Part shown: positions 46,829-56,109 of the stretch, piece after piece
Position numbering within the stretch: position 1 is the stretch's first letter
How the letters are laid out: each line of letters opens with the position of its first letter
Origin: Porcincola sp.
GTDB taxonomy: Bacteria; Bacillota; Clostridia; Lachnospirales; Lachnospiraceae
Length of the DNA stretch: 64,000 nt
Assembly: GCA_045118075.1 (NCBI GenBank)
Contig: JBGUOI010000202.1
Coordinates: 7,741-71,740 of the forward strand
Reading direction: 5' to 3'
Notes under the pieces: model-generated
The model's input: the letters and a program-made list of their open reading frames with translations, nothing else
Told to the model about the DNA's origin: nothing
Databases searched by the model: none
Made by a program: the position numbers and the translations under genes

Positions 46829-47524
46829 TTATTTAAAAAGCTGTCCGGTGTCCTCCACCGATGACGCACTCGTCCGGATATGCTCCAATGCCACCATACA
46901 GCATATCCGCAGGTGCTTCTCGAGCAGGTCGGCCGCCACCGACGGCGGCTCCTGGCGGATCAGGCTGTTGAGGATCTGGATGTGCTCCTCGTTGGCGTCG
47001 TGCACCAGGTTGTTGTCCTGCTTGCTTGCGATGGTGATGCGCAGGTTGTCGTTGAGGGCGCGGTTCATCATCTCTATGATGTATTTGTTTCCGCACTGGT
47101 CCACGAAATAGTGGTGCATCTCCATGTCGATGTAATAGTGGGACAGGTAGTCGAGATGCCCGGAATTCATGTATTTGTGCTTTAAGTCGATGAGCCTGGC
47201 CACGTCGAGCCTGGGCGCCGCCATCTTCAGCGCCAGCGGTTCGAGGGCGATCCTGCACTGGAAGACCTGGAGCGCATCGTCGATGGTCACATCGTTGACA
47301 TAGATGCCCTTTTTGGGCACTACCCTGAGATATCCCTGGGATTCAAGCCGGTTTACCGCTTCGCGGATGGGGGTCCGGCTCACGTTGTATTCTTCTGCAA
47401 GCTGCACCTCGTTCAGCTGCGATCCCGGCTCATACTCACATGAGATAAGCTTGTCAAGCATCTGCAGATAGACGGAGGACCGAAGTCCCGTGGCAAGTCT
47501 GTCGGATTGTCTGTCCATCATCAT
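46829..47524 (-). CDS. GntR family transcriptional regulator with FCD (FadR C-terminal) domain
   Basis: 231 aa. Winged HTH LNEVQLAEEYNVSRTPIREAVNRLESQGYLRVVPKKGIYV, followed by a helical, His-rich ligand domain. Confidence 0.85.
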   Translation of the reverse strand: MMMDRQSDRLATGLRSSVYLQMLDKLISCEYEPGSQLNEVQLAEEYNVSRTPIREAVNRLESQGYLRVVPKKGIYVNDVTIDDALQVFQCRIALEPLALKMAAPRLDVARLIDLKHKYMNSGHLDYLSHYYIDMEMHHYFVDQCGNKYIIEMMNRALNDNLRITIASKQDNNLVHDANEEHIQILNSLIRQEPPSVAADLLEKHLRICCMVALEHIRTSASSVEDTGQLFK

Positions 47525-47619
47525 GGCCTCCCTTGTATGAGCGGTTTTCTGTTAATCCCAGTATAGTGTATCAGGGGCACCTGCGCAAGAAGATTCGGCC
47601 TGTTGTATGCAACAGCCGG

Positions 47620-48099
47620 TCAATGGACCTGCTCGTCGAATTTGACCAGTTCGTCGTATTCCTTGCCGACGATGGCCGCCATCTCGGGATCCATATCCTC
47701 CATGTGGTTCATCTCCAGCCAGGCGTCGGTCATGACGCGGCCCATCTCGTGGCCGATCAGGAAGCCGCCCATGCAAAGGACGTTGGTGTTGTTGACCTGT
47801 TTGGCGCGGCGTGCCTGGTATACACTCTCGACCAGCGCGGCGTACACGCCTTTATGTTTGTTGCAGATGATGCTGACGCCCATGCCGGTCCCGCACAGGG
47901 CGATGCCTCTGTCGAACCCGCCGCTCTGGATGCCCTCGGAGACGCGGCAGGCCGCATCCTGGTAAAGCATCGGTGCATCCGGATTGACGTCCGTAACATC
48001 GTAGCCCTGTTTTCTCAAATGATCCCTGATGGCATTTTTAAGGTCAAAGCCGTAGCGGTCAGCCGCCATGATGATCTTTTTGACATTCTCGTTTCGCAT
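47620..48099 (-). CDS. rpiB: RpiB/LacA/LacB family sugar-phosphate isomerase
   Basis: 159 aa. MAADRYGFDLKNAIRDHLRKQGYDV and GIALCGTGMGVSIICNKHKGVYAA match the RpiB active-site region. Confidence 0.85.
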   Translation of the reverse strand: MRNENVKKIIMAADRYGFDLKNAIRDHLRKQGYDVTDVNPDAPMLYQDAACRVSEGIQSGGFDRGIALCGTGMGVSIICNKHKGVYAALVESVYQARRAKQVNNTNVLCMGGFLIGHEMGRVMTDAWLEMNHMEDMDPEMAAIVGKEYDELVKFDEQVH

Positions 48100-48120
48100 G
48101 AACTGTTACCTCTCCTTCTT

Positions 48121-49119
48121 TTATTTTCTCAGGTCAGCAAAGACCATGTCCAGGATGGCTGCGTTTCGAAGCGTCTCCTCCCGGCTCACCAGCGGCTCTT
48201 CCTGCCCGGTGATCACCCGGCCGAACTGCTCGATCTCGAGCATATAGTTCTGCGGACACATCACGCTGTAGACTGTCTCCACTTCGTCGAGCACTTCCAC
48301 GTTGTCGGTATGGCCTCCGGTCTTTACGCTGAACCTGGCTTCGTTGCGGCAGTTGAAGTTGCAGGGAACTTCAATGCGTCCCTTCTCTCCTACCACGCAG
48401 TAATATCCTCTTGCATAAGAATCCAGGGATGCGTAGGCAGTGGCCAGCGTTCCGTCCGCATATTCGAGGGCGAAGACCGCCGCGGTATCGACACCGCGCT
48501 CCGGATCCATCTTGGCAAGAGCTTTTGCCTTAACGGGTTCGGCCCCGATCAGGTAGCTGATGACGCTGATGTCATAGCAGGCCATGTCGTAGAGGGCCCC
48601 GCCGCCGAGGTTTTGCTGCATGCGGATATTTCCCATGTCTTCGAGCAGGTCGGTGAGGTGGGCTTCCAGGTATTTGATCTTTCCGATCGTTCCGGCATCG
48701 AGGATCTCCTTCACCTTCTGTACGAGCGGCGCCTGCCTGTAGGCGAATGCTTCCATCAGGTAAACGCCTTTTTCGCGGCAGTAGTCGAACATCTCGGCAG
48801 CTTCTTTGGCGTCGAGCGCCATCGGTTTTTCGCAGAGGATGTGTTTGCCGGCATCGGCCGCCTTCTTCACCCACTCGCAGTGCATGGAGTTGGGAAGCGG
48901 AATATAGACTGCCTGCACCATCTCATCGGCAAGCAGCTGCTCGTAGCTGCCGTAGGCTTTTTCGGCCCCGAAGGCTTCTTTAAATGCCTGCGCCTTTTCC
49001 GTGCCGCGGCTGGCCACTGCATAGAGCTGCGCGTTGGAAGAGGCCAGGAGGCCCGGTATCGTTCTTACTTTCGCTATGGCCGCGCATCCGAGCACGCCCC
49101 ATCTGATCTTTTCTGACAT
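48121..49119 (-). CDS. Gfo/Idh/MocA family NAD(P)-dependent oxidoreductase
   Basis: 332 aa. N-terminal Rossmann IRWGVLGCAAIA and the EKP motif HILCEKPMAL. Confidence 0.85.
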   Translation of the reverse strand: MSEKIRWGVLGCAAIAKVRTIPGLLASSNAQLYAVASRGTEKAQAFKEAFGAEKAYGSYEQLLADEMVQAVYIPLPNSMHCEWVKKAADAGKHILCEKPMALDAKEAAEMFDYCREKGVYLMEAFAYRQAPLVQKVKEILDAGTIGKIKYLEAHLTDLLEDMGNIRMQQNLGGGALYDMACYDISVISYLIGAEPVKAKALAKMDPERGVDTAAVFALEYADGTLATAYASLDSYARGYYCVVGEKGRIEVPCNFNCRNEARFSVKTGGHTDNVEVLDEVETVYSVMCPQNYMLEIEQFGRVITGQEEPLVSREETLRNAAILDMVFADLRK

Positions 49120-49138
49120 AGTATTACTCCTGTAAAGC

Positions 49139-50899
49139 TTAAAACGTCTGCATCTTGTCTTCCACGAATTCTCTCATTCCCTGGAAGATCAGGTAGACAC
49201 TGGTCGCACCGGCATCCTGGTGGCCGATCGCGCGCTCCATCAGGGATTTCGCGCGGCCGAATTTCGCCACATACTTCTTGGTGTTCTCCATTCCCTGGCG
49301 CGCGCCTTCCTCGGCCGCTTTCAGGATGGTGAGCAGGTCTTCGCCGCGGTGCGCTTCCATCGCCTCAAGGGCAGGTACGAGCGCATCGACCATGGTCTTG
49401 TCGCCGACCTGGGCTTTGCCGCGCTCCTGGATGGCCGCAAGGCTCTTCTTCTCCATATCGATCAGGTGATCGCCGGTGATGACCTTTTCGGAGTCCATTC
49501 CCTTTGCGCCTGCCAGATAGAGGCTGCCGAAGATCACGCCCGATGCGCCGCCCATGGACATGAGCATGGCTTTGCCGGCTTCTTCGAACATCTGGTATAC
49601 ATCGCTCTCATCGGCCATCTTGAGCAGTTTTTTCTTTGCTTTCTGCATGCCGCCGGCCATGCCGATGCCGTGGTCGCCGTCGCCGATGGCGCTGTCCACT
49701 TCGGTCAGGTAGGGCTTGTTGGCGATGATCTTGTCGGCGATGTAGAGCAGCATGTTGCGGGTATCTTCCGCGCTGAGCTCATCGAGGACGCCCTCTTTGC
49801 TCCTGGTGATCACAGCTGCCTCAACATCGTTCTCGTCGAACTCGGGCTCTTCTTCCTCCTCGGTATCCTCCGCGGAAGCCGTCTCGACTCCGACGCTTCC
49901 CTTTGCATAGTAGGGTGAATAGCACGGAGCATCCAGGTATTTCTTCAGCTCGTCATCAAGACGAAGGATCGTGATCGAGAAGCCGCCCATCTCCATGCAG
50001 GTGCAGTAGGCTTTAACTTCGGCATCGTAGACTTTCAGGCCGTCTTTGTGAAGAAGCTTCGCCAGCTCATAGTAGACAAGGTTCAGCTCGAGAAGCGGTG
50101 TGGAGCCGAGGCCGTTGATCATGACCGCGATCTCCTCGCCTTCCTTAAGCTCCATCTCTTTCTGGAGCTCGCTGTACATTCTCGCGACGATCTCATTGCA
50201 CGGAGCCATCTTGGTGCGCTCGATGCCGGGTTCGCCGTGCAGGCCCATGCCGTACTCAAGCTCATCATCGGCCAGCTCAAAGGTAGGCTTGTCATTGCCG
50301 GGAAGGGTTCCGGGAGCTGTCGCCACACCGATGGAACGGATATTGTCGCGCGCCTTTTCGGCGATCCTCACGACTTCGTCAAACTCAAGGCCTGCGTCGC
50401 AGGCGGCGCCTGCGCACTTGATCACATACACGTCGCCGGCGATGCCGCGCCTGTCGGTGATCCTCTCTTTCGGAGCGGAGACGCAGTCATCCCATACTCT
50501 CACATGGGCGGTCTTCATGCCGTCCGCCTGGCAGATCTCCTCAGCCATATCGAAGTTCAGATTGTCGCCCGCATAGCAGCCGTAGATGAACAGGACGCCC
50601 TTGCCCTGGTCAACAGACTTGGCAGCCTCGGCGATCAGTTCGGGATTGGGGGATGCGCAGATGTTGCCGCACGCTACCGCATCCGCCAGGCCGGCTCCGC
50701 AAAAGCCCGAGAAAAGGGGTTCATGGCCGCTGCCGCCGCCGATCACGAGGGCTACTTTGTCCTTGCGGGACTGGCGGTATTTGATGGCGTTGTACTCGCC
50801 GACTTTTTTATAATATTTCCGATACGCCGAAAGGAAGCCCGAGAGCATCTCTTCAACAACATTTGACGTATCTGCGTTCAGAATCTTTTTTACGGACAT
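49139..50899 (-). CDS. fused two-domain (DhaK-DhaL) ATP-dependent dihydroxyacetone kinase family ketose kinase
   Basis: 586 aa. Dak1 motifs are VIGGGSGHEPLFSGF and GNICASPNP. An acidic linker EDTEEEEEPEFDEND follows. The Dak2 motif is DSAIGDGDHGIGM. Confidence 0.85.
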   Translation of the reverse strand: MSVKKILNADTSNVVEEMLSGFLSAYRKYYKKVGEYNAIKYRQSRKDKVALVIGGGSGHEPLFSGFCGAGLADAVACGNICASPNPELIAEAAKSVDQGKGVLFIYGCYAGDNLNFDMAEEICQADGMKTAHVRVWDDCVSAPKERITDRRGIAGDVYVIKCAGAACDAGLEFDEVVRIAEKARDNIRSIGVATAPGTLPGNDKPTFELADDELEYGMGLHGEPGIERTKMAPCNEIVARMYSELQKEMELKEGEEIAVMINGLGSTPLLELNLVYYELAKLLHKDGLKVYDAEVKAYCTCMEMGGFSITILRLDDELKKYLDAPCYSPYYAKGSVGVETASAEDTEEEEEPEFDENDVEAAVITRSKEGVLDELSAEDTRNMLLYIADKIIANKPYLTEVDSAIGDGDHGIGMAGGMQKAKKKLLKMADESDVYQMFEEAGKAMLMSMGGASGVIFGSLYLAGAKGMDSEKVITGDHLIDMEKKSLAAIQERGKAQVGDKTMVDALVPALEAMEAHRGEDLLTILKAAEEGARQGMENTKKYVAKFGRAKSLMERAIGHQDAGATSVYLIFQGMREFVEDKMQTF

Positions 50900-50928
50900 G
50901 GTTTAATTCCTCCTTTACTGCTTGATGA

Positions 50929-51924
50929 TCAGCCGACCTTGATCTTCCTGGCCCTGCGTTCGGCAAGGATCGCAGAGATGGAACTGAAGGAGATGGCGAT
51001 GACGACGACAAATCCGCTGACGGCGGACTGCCAGTAAACATTGACGCCCAGAAGCACGATCATGTTCTGGATGATGCTGATGATGGCCGCACCGATCAGG
51101 GCGCCGGCCGGATTTCCGATGCCGCCCGTTAAGGCGATGCCGCCGATAACGGAGGAAGCGATGGAGTTCATGGGCCAGTTCTCACCGATGGCTGACTGCG
51201 AGGATCCGAGCCTTGCCACGTACAGGATGCCGGCCAGGGCGGAGATCAGACCTACCACCGAATAGAGCATCACACGGATCTTGTCCACGTTGATGCCGAG
51301 GATCTTCGCCGCCTCACGGCTGTTGCCGATGGCGTAGATATAGCGGCCGGTCTTTGTCTTCTTGACCAGGAACAGGACGACGATCAAAACGCCGATGCAG
51401 AAGATGAACGGCATCGGGATGGGACCGAGGTTGCCTTTGCCCAGGAAGTAGATCTCTTCCGGGATACCCGTGATGGCTTTACCTTTGGTCAGTACCAGGT
51501 TGATGCCGCCGTACACGCCCTGCATACCGATGGTCGCGACCATGGAGTTCAGGCGCAGCTTCGTGATGATCAGGCCGTTGATCGCGCCGAAGATCAGTCC
51601 GCAGATCAGAGCGATGGCCAGGGCTACCCACGGATTGATGTGATAATACACCATCATCATACCGGAAAGGATGCCGCACAGGGAGGCGATCTTACCGACG
51701 GAAAGATCGAGCTCGCCGATCAGCAGCAGCAGGGACTGGGCAATACCGATCATGCCGACGAAAGCCAGGTCGCGGATGACTGACTGCAGGTTGTACATAT
51801 CCAGGAAATACGGCGAGGAAATACAGGCGATGATGATCATGATCACCAGGACAGCGCCGATCGCCGTCATGTTGCTCTTTTTAAGCGCCGCTATAATAGG
51901 ATTGGTTTTTTTATTCTCGTTCAT
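50929..51924 (-). CDS. monosaccharide ABC transporter permease (RbsC/AraH type)
   Basis: 331 aa polytopic protein of the BPD_transp_2 type (GELDLSVGKIASL, IGGIALTGGIGNPAGALIGA). Confidence 0.85.
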   Translation of the reverse strand: MNENKKTNPIIAALKKSNMTAIGAVLVIMIIIACISSPYFLDMYNLQSVIRDLAFVGMIGIAQSLLLLIGELDLSVGKIASLCGILSGMMMVYYHINPWVALAIALICGLIFGAINGLIITKLRLNSMVATIGMQGVYGGINLVLTKGKAITGIPEEIYFLGKGNLGPIPMPFIFCIGVLIVVLFLVKKTKTGRYIYAIGNSREAAKILGINVDKIRVMLYSVVGLISALAGILYVARLGSSQSAIGENWPMNSIASSVIGGIALTGGIGNPAGALIGAAIISIIQNMIVLLGVNVYWQSAVSGFVVVIAISFSSISAILAERRARKIKVG

Positions 51925-51954
51925 AACAAAGCACCTCTCTTCACGTATGGATTA

Positions 51955-53439
51955 TTAAGCGACACCGATGATCGCGCTCAGGATGTCTTCCTTGTCGGCC
52001 GTAGCCGGGAATTCGGCCACCTTCCGGCCGTCGTAGAGAGCGATGATGCGGTTGGCGCACTTGCGGATCTCATCCATCTCGGAAGAGATCAGAATGATGC
52101 CGATACCTTTTTCCTCTGCCAGTTCTTTCATCAGGCGGTAGATCTCCGCCTTTGTCCCTACGTCAATACCCTTTGTGGGCTCGTCGAAGACAAGGACTTT
52201 GGGATTGCAGCACATGGCTCTTCCGATGATCACCTTCTGCTGGTTGCCGCCGGAAAGGAACTGGATCTCTTTTTCGGCGTCCGGCGTCTTGATATCATAG
52301 GTGTTGATCACGCTTTGAGCCAGTTCCTCTTCTTTTTTCCTGGAGATTCCGGTGGGGGTCTTCAAATCGTCGAGGACCGCCATGGATATGTTCTCCCTGA
52401 TCGAGAGCACCGGCAGGATGCCTTGTTTTTTACGCTCCTCCGGCAGGTAGATATAACCATGCTGCACGGAGAAGGTGGGATCTCCCAGTTTCCAGTTTTC
52501 GCCGTCGATCCGTACCGATCCCTTGTAAACCGGCAGGTATCCGAAGATCGCCTGCATCAGTTCGCTGCGGCCGGCGCCGACAAGTCCCGAAAAGCCCAGG
52601 ATCTCGCCTCTTTTGAGGTTGAAGCTGACGTCTGTAAACATCTCGCCTGTCAGGCCTTCGACTTCCATCAGCACTTCGTCGGAGACTTTCTCGGAACAGA
52701 ACACCTGGTTCTGATCCACTTCACGGCCGGTCATCTGGCGGATGACCCACGGAATGTCGATCCCTTCCAGTTCGTGGTAGGCGACTTTCTTTCCGTTTCT
52801 GAAGACCGTGATCACGTCACCCAGGGCAAAGATCTCTTCCAGTTTGTGGGAGATAAAGATGACTGCTTTGTTCTGCGCTTTGATCTGCCTGACGATGTCA
52901 AACAGGATCTGTGTATCTTTCGTTGTTAAAGAGGTGGTCGGCTCGTCCAGCATCAGCACCTCATAATCTTCATGCACGGTAGCTCTGGCGATCTGCAGCA
53001 GCTGCTGTGAGGATATCGAGATATCCTTGACCAGATCGTCGGGCTTGACAGGGATCTGGAATTTCTCAAGCAGCGGACGGGCTGCCTCCTCCAGAGCCTT
53101 CTGGTTGACCAATCCTTTGAATCCTGATTTTTCGTAAGGAATAAACAGATTCTCGGCTACCGACATGTAGCCGAACAGGTCGATCTCCTGCGGCACATAG
53201 GCCACTTTATCAAAAAGTTCTTTATTCTTCAGGGCATCCTGGCCATCGATCATGACCGAGCCCTCTTCCGGCGAATACACACCGGTCAGACACTTGATCA
53301 GCGTACTTTTTCCGGCACCATTTTCCCCGATGATGCAGTGGATCTGTCCCGGCTCAAAGGAAACATCTACGGAATCCAACGCAACAACGCCGGGGAATAC
53401 CTTCGTGATCCCGGTTGCCTCCAATACTTTCATGAGCAT
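51955..53439 (-). CDS. monosaccharide ABC transporter ATPase with two intact nucleotide-binding domains (RbsA type)
   Basis: 494 aa. NBD1 has GENGAGKST and VLMLDEPT. NBD2 has GLVGAGRSE, LSGGNQQK and VLVFDEPT. Confidence 0.9.
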   Translation of the reverse strand: MLMKVLEATGITKVFPGVVALDSVDVSFEPGQIHCIIGENGAGKSTLIKCLTGVYSPEEGSVMIDGQDALKNKELFDKVAYVPQEIDLFGYMSVAENLFIPYEKSGFKGLVNQKALEEAARPLLEKFQIPVKPDDLVKDISISSQQLLQIARATVHEDYEVLMLDEPTTSLTTKDTQILFDIVRQIKAQNKAVIFISHKLEEIFALGDVITVFRNGKKVAYHELEGIDIPWVIRQMTGREVDQNQVFCSEKVSDEVLMEVEGLTGEMFTDVSFNLKRGEILGFSGLVGAGRSELMQAIFGYLPVYKGSVRIDGENWKLGDPTFSVQHGYIYLPEERKKQGILPVLSIRENISMAVLDDLKTPTGISRKKEEELAQSVINTYDIKTPDAEKEIQFLSGGNQQKVIIGRAMCCNPKVLVFDEPTKGIDVGTKAEIYRLMKELAEEKGIGIILISSEMDEIRKCANRIIALYDGRKVAEFPATADKEDILSAIIGVA

Positions 53440-53584
53440 TACTCCTGTCCTGATTTTGATACGACATTAATTGTCATAAACGGAAAATCCGGAGACGCAT
53501 GACCCGAATTCTTCGGTCACGCGCCCCCGGATCCTCAAATCACTTTATGGTTGGTCTTTTGTGATATCCAGGTATTGATCTGAA

Positions 53585-54532
53585 TTATTCGCTGACCAGA
53601 GCGATCCACTCGTCGATGTTGGTCTCGTCGATGTAAGCGATACCGGTATCAACTTTAGCCGGGATCTCAACGCCCAGAGAAGCCTGCCACATCATCAGAA
53701 CAGCCATGGAACCCTGCATCTGCGGGATGGTGGAAGAAGTAGCCGTGATGGTGCCGCTCTTTACATACTCAAGGATCTCGATCAGGTTGTCCATGGAGAC
53801 GAATTTGACCTGTCCTGCCTTGCCGGCTTCTTCGATGGCTGCTGCCACACCGGAACCGCAAGCGTCGCAGTTCAGATATCCGGCCAGATCCGGATTAGCT
53901 GCCAGAACAGCTGCTGCCTGCTGCTGAGCTGTCTCGATGTTGTCGTTGTCGATACCGCCTTCGATGACCTCGATGTCCGGATAAGCTTCCAGAGCTTTCA
54001 GATGAGCTTCATATCTCTCGGCATGGTTCGGAGCGGACGGGAAGCCCTGCATAACGGCAACTTTGCCTTTTCCGCCAAGGATCTCGGCAAGTTTGTCAGC
54101 GGCCAGCTTAGCCTGCTCGGAGAAGTCATTTCCTACGCTGGTCAGGCCTGAGCCTTCGGGGCTGGGAGCATCGAACAGGATTACGGGAATGCCCTGTGCC
54201 TGGATCTCTTCGATAACAGCCTTGCTGCCTTCATAGTCAACGGGGTCAAGAGCGATGCCGTCGGGATGAGTGGCTGCTGCCTGCTCCAGTGTGGAGTTCT
54301 GCTCAACAACGTCTGCGGTCTGCGGTGCACGATAGTCGATCTTTACATCAACACCGAGCTGCTCGGAAAGAACCTCAGCCTGCTTAACAGCACCTTTGTT
54401 TACCTCATCGAACCATGCATGCACGCATTTGGGAACGATAACGAAGGTCATGTCTTCCGCAGCCTGTGCGCTGACAGCGCCGCCGATCATCGTTGCAGCA
54501 ACTACAGCGATAGCCAACAGTCTTTTCTTCAT
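53585..54532 (-). CDS. periplasmic-binding-protein type I sugar-binding lipoprotein/secreted protein (RbsB type)
   Basis: Start trimmed to ATG 54532 after AAAGGAGGATG (MKKRLLAIAVVAATMIGGAVSAQA). The sequence looks like PBP type 1. Confidence 0.85.
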   Translation of the reverse strand: MKKRLLAIAVVAATMIGGAVSAQAAEDMTFVIVPKCVHAWFDEVNKGAVKQAEVLSEQLGVDVKIDYRAPQTADVVEQNSTLEQAAATHPDGIALDPVDYEGSKAVIEEIQAQGIPVILFDAPSPEGSGLTSVGNDFSEQAKLAADKLAEILGGKGKVAVMQGFPSAPNHAERYEAHLKALEAYPDIEVIEGGIDNDNIETAQQQAAAVLAANPDLAGYLNCDACGSGVAAAIEEAGKAGQVKFVSMDNLIEILEYVKSGTITATSSTIPQMQGSMAVLMMWQASLGVEIPAKVDTGIAYIDETNIDEWIALVSE

Positions 54533-54599
54533 AGTAACATCCTCCTTTTTTTGTATGACGGGACCGGCCGCACCGGTCCGCACCCATAATGGTAATTAA

Positions 54600-54628
54600 A
54601 TTATAAGGTGCCTGCACGCCGGTTCCAA
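54600..54628 (-). promoter_or_regulatory. sigma-A type promoter candidate for the rbsB-like operon
   Basis: On the minus strand: TTGGAA (54628-54623), a 17-nt spacer, and a perfect TATAAT (54605-54600). It sits about 68 nt upstream of the start codon and directly downstream of the two-component system genes. Confidence 0.4.
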
Positions 54629-54660
54629 GGTGAGCCAATTAAGAAAAAGGGGGAGAATCT

Positions 54661-56103
54661 TTAGAAGCGTATGATCTCGTCCGAAATGTCCTCCATGTAT
54701 TCATCCCGGGCCCGAAGTACGATGACGGCCGTGCCGGAGCTGGCAAAACGCAGGATATAGGACCGGACCATGGAGACGCCGTACAGGTCGCAGCGCTCGA
54801 ACGGATCCATCATGACCAGCACCTTCGGATTATACAAAAGCCACCGCTCCATCATCACGGCAATGCGGTCGTTTACATCCCTCCGCGCCATCAGGCCGTT
54901 CTGCTCTTCGGGAAGCGTCGGCGACGCATCCACGGCGTTGATGAGGCTGCCGGCCTCCAGCAGGTAATCGGCCCCCGAGATCTTCCCAAGGGACGGCAAA
55001 ATCAGATTTTCCGAGACACTCATGTTCCCGAACAGTTCGTCGCGGCTTCCCAGTTTCATAACGGACACTACCTTCTCGCGCACAAACTGCTCATATTCTC
55101 CTCTCCCGAGGCGGCGCTCGCCGATCACGCAGTAGACATCTTCATCCGGGTCCCGCCCGGAGATATTATTGAACAGGCGGGTGCGCTTTTCTTCATTGAT
55201 CACCAGCAAAGTCGTAATGGTGCCCGGGGAAAAATTCAGATCGACCGTCTTGGCTTCTCCCGAATCGGACAGCACGCCGATCCCTCTTACGCGATAAGCC
55301 GGCTGCCGGTACTCATCCCCGGGGGCCGTCTCATTCTGCCCGCGGATATATTCCTCGAGGCTTTTTTGCGCATCGCTCTTTGTCCCCAGCAGGTAGCGTT
55401 CCATCTCAGCGCGGCCGGTCAGCGCCGAGGCGCGGCATTTGCGGATGATGCGCCCGTCGCGGAAAAAGACCAGCTGGTCGCAGAGCAGCCGGATGACTTC
55501 GTTTGAATGGGAATTGACGATCACGGTGAAATGATACTTTCCGGCCGCCTCGCGCATACGCTCTGCAAAGGAATGCTGTTCCCGGGCTGTCAGGTCCTCA
55601 AGATCATCCTCGATGACCAGCACACCTGCGCCTTTAAGGCAGGTCTTGGCCAGGTCCGCCATCCGCTTTTCGTATGCAGACAGGTTCTGGAGCGGGGTTT
55701 CCGCCTGGAGATCCGGGCAGATCTTATCCAGCAGTTCCTGCACTTCCCTGTGCATTTTGCGCCGGTTTCTTCCCATCAGGAGCCATCCCGCCTGTACGAG
55801 TGCGATATACTCGGCCACGGTCCAGTCCCTGACCCGGAAGTTGTCCGGATGCATCCGGCAGACCATCTCCGTAAGCTTTCTCGCGCTGCGGATCCTCTCC
55901 CCGCGGATGGTCAGCTTCATCTCCTCAAAGTCGGGTGTTTCCCGTCCCGTCAGGAGCCGCACCAGGTGATCTTTTCCCGATGAAGACAATCCTAAAAAGC
56001 CGGTGCACTCCCCCTCTGAAAGGATCAGGCTGATCCTCCGGAGGCGCATCCCGGACTGGTCGGTCCCTGTATAATCATTGATGCGGAGGGCTTCTTTTCT
56101 CAT
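54661..56103 (-). CDS. RbsA-like double ABC ATPase paralogue with degenerate catalytic motifs (pseudo-ATPase)
   Basis: 480 aa. NBD1 has GLSSSGKD instead of GxxGxGK[ST], LSAYE instead of LSGGQ, and VLVIEDD. NBD2 has no glycine-rich P-loop (LLVINEEKRT), no signature motif, and VLVMMDPF with no catalytic Glu. Confidence 0.75.
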   Translation of the reverse strand: MRKEALRINDYTGTDQSGMRLRRISLILSEGECTGFLGLSSSGKDHLVRLLTGRETPDFEEMKLTIRGERIRSARKLTEMVCRMHPDNFRVRDWTVAEYIALVQAGWLLMGRNRRKMHREVQELLDKICPDLQAETPLQNLSAYEKRMADLAKTCLKGAGVLVIEDDLEDLTAREQHSFAERMREAAGKYHFTVIVNSHSNEVIRLLCDQLVFFRDGRIIRKCRASALTGRAEMERYLLGTKSDAQKSLEEYIRGQNETAPGDEYRQPAYRVRGIGVLSDSGEAKTVDLNFSPGTITTLLVINEEKRTRLFNNISGRDPDEDVYCVIGERRLGRGEYEQFVREKVVSVMKLGSRDELFGNMSVSENLILPSLGKISGADYLLEAGSLINAVDASPTLPEEQNGLMARRDVNDRIAVMMERWLLYNPKVLVMMDPFERCDLYGVSMVRSYILRFASSGTAVIVLRARDEYMEDISDEIIRF

Positions 56104-56109
56104 CGCTTC

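Noticed and set aside
54551-54560. TTGTATGACG as a third GntR operator in the rbsB-like leader.
   Set aside because: Only the TTGTAT half matches (6 of 10 positions) and the sequence is not palindromic, so it is not distinguishable from chance.
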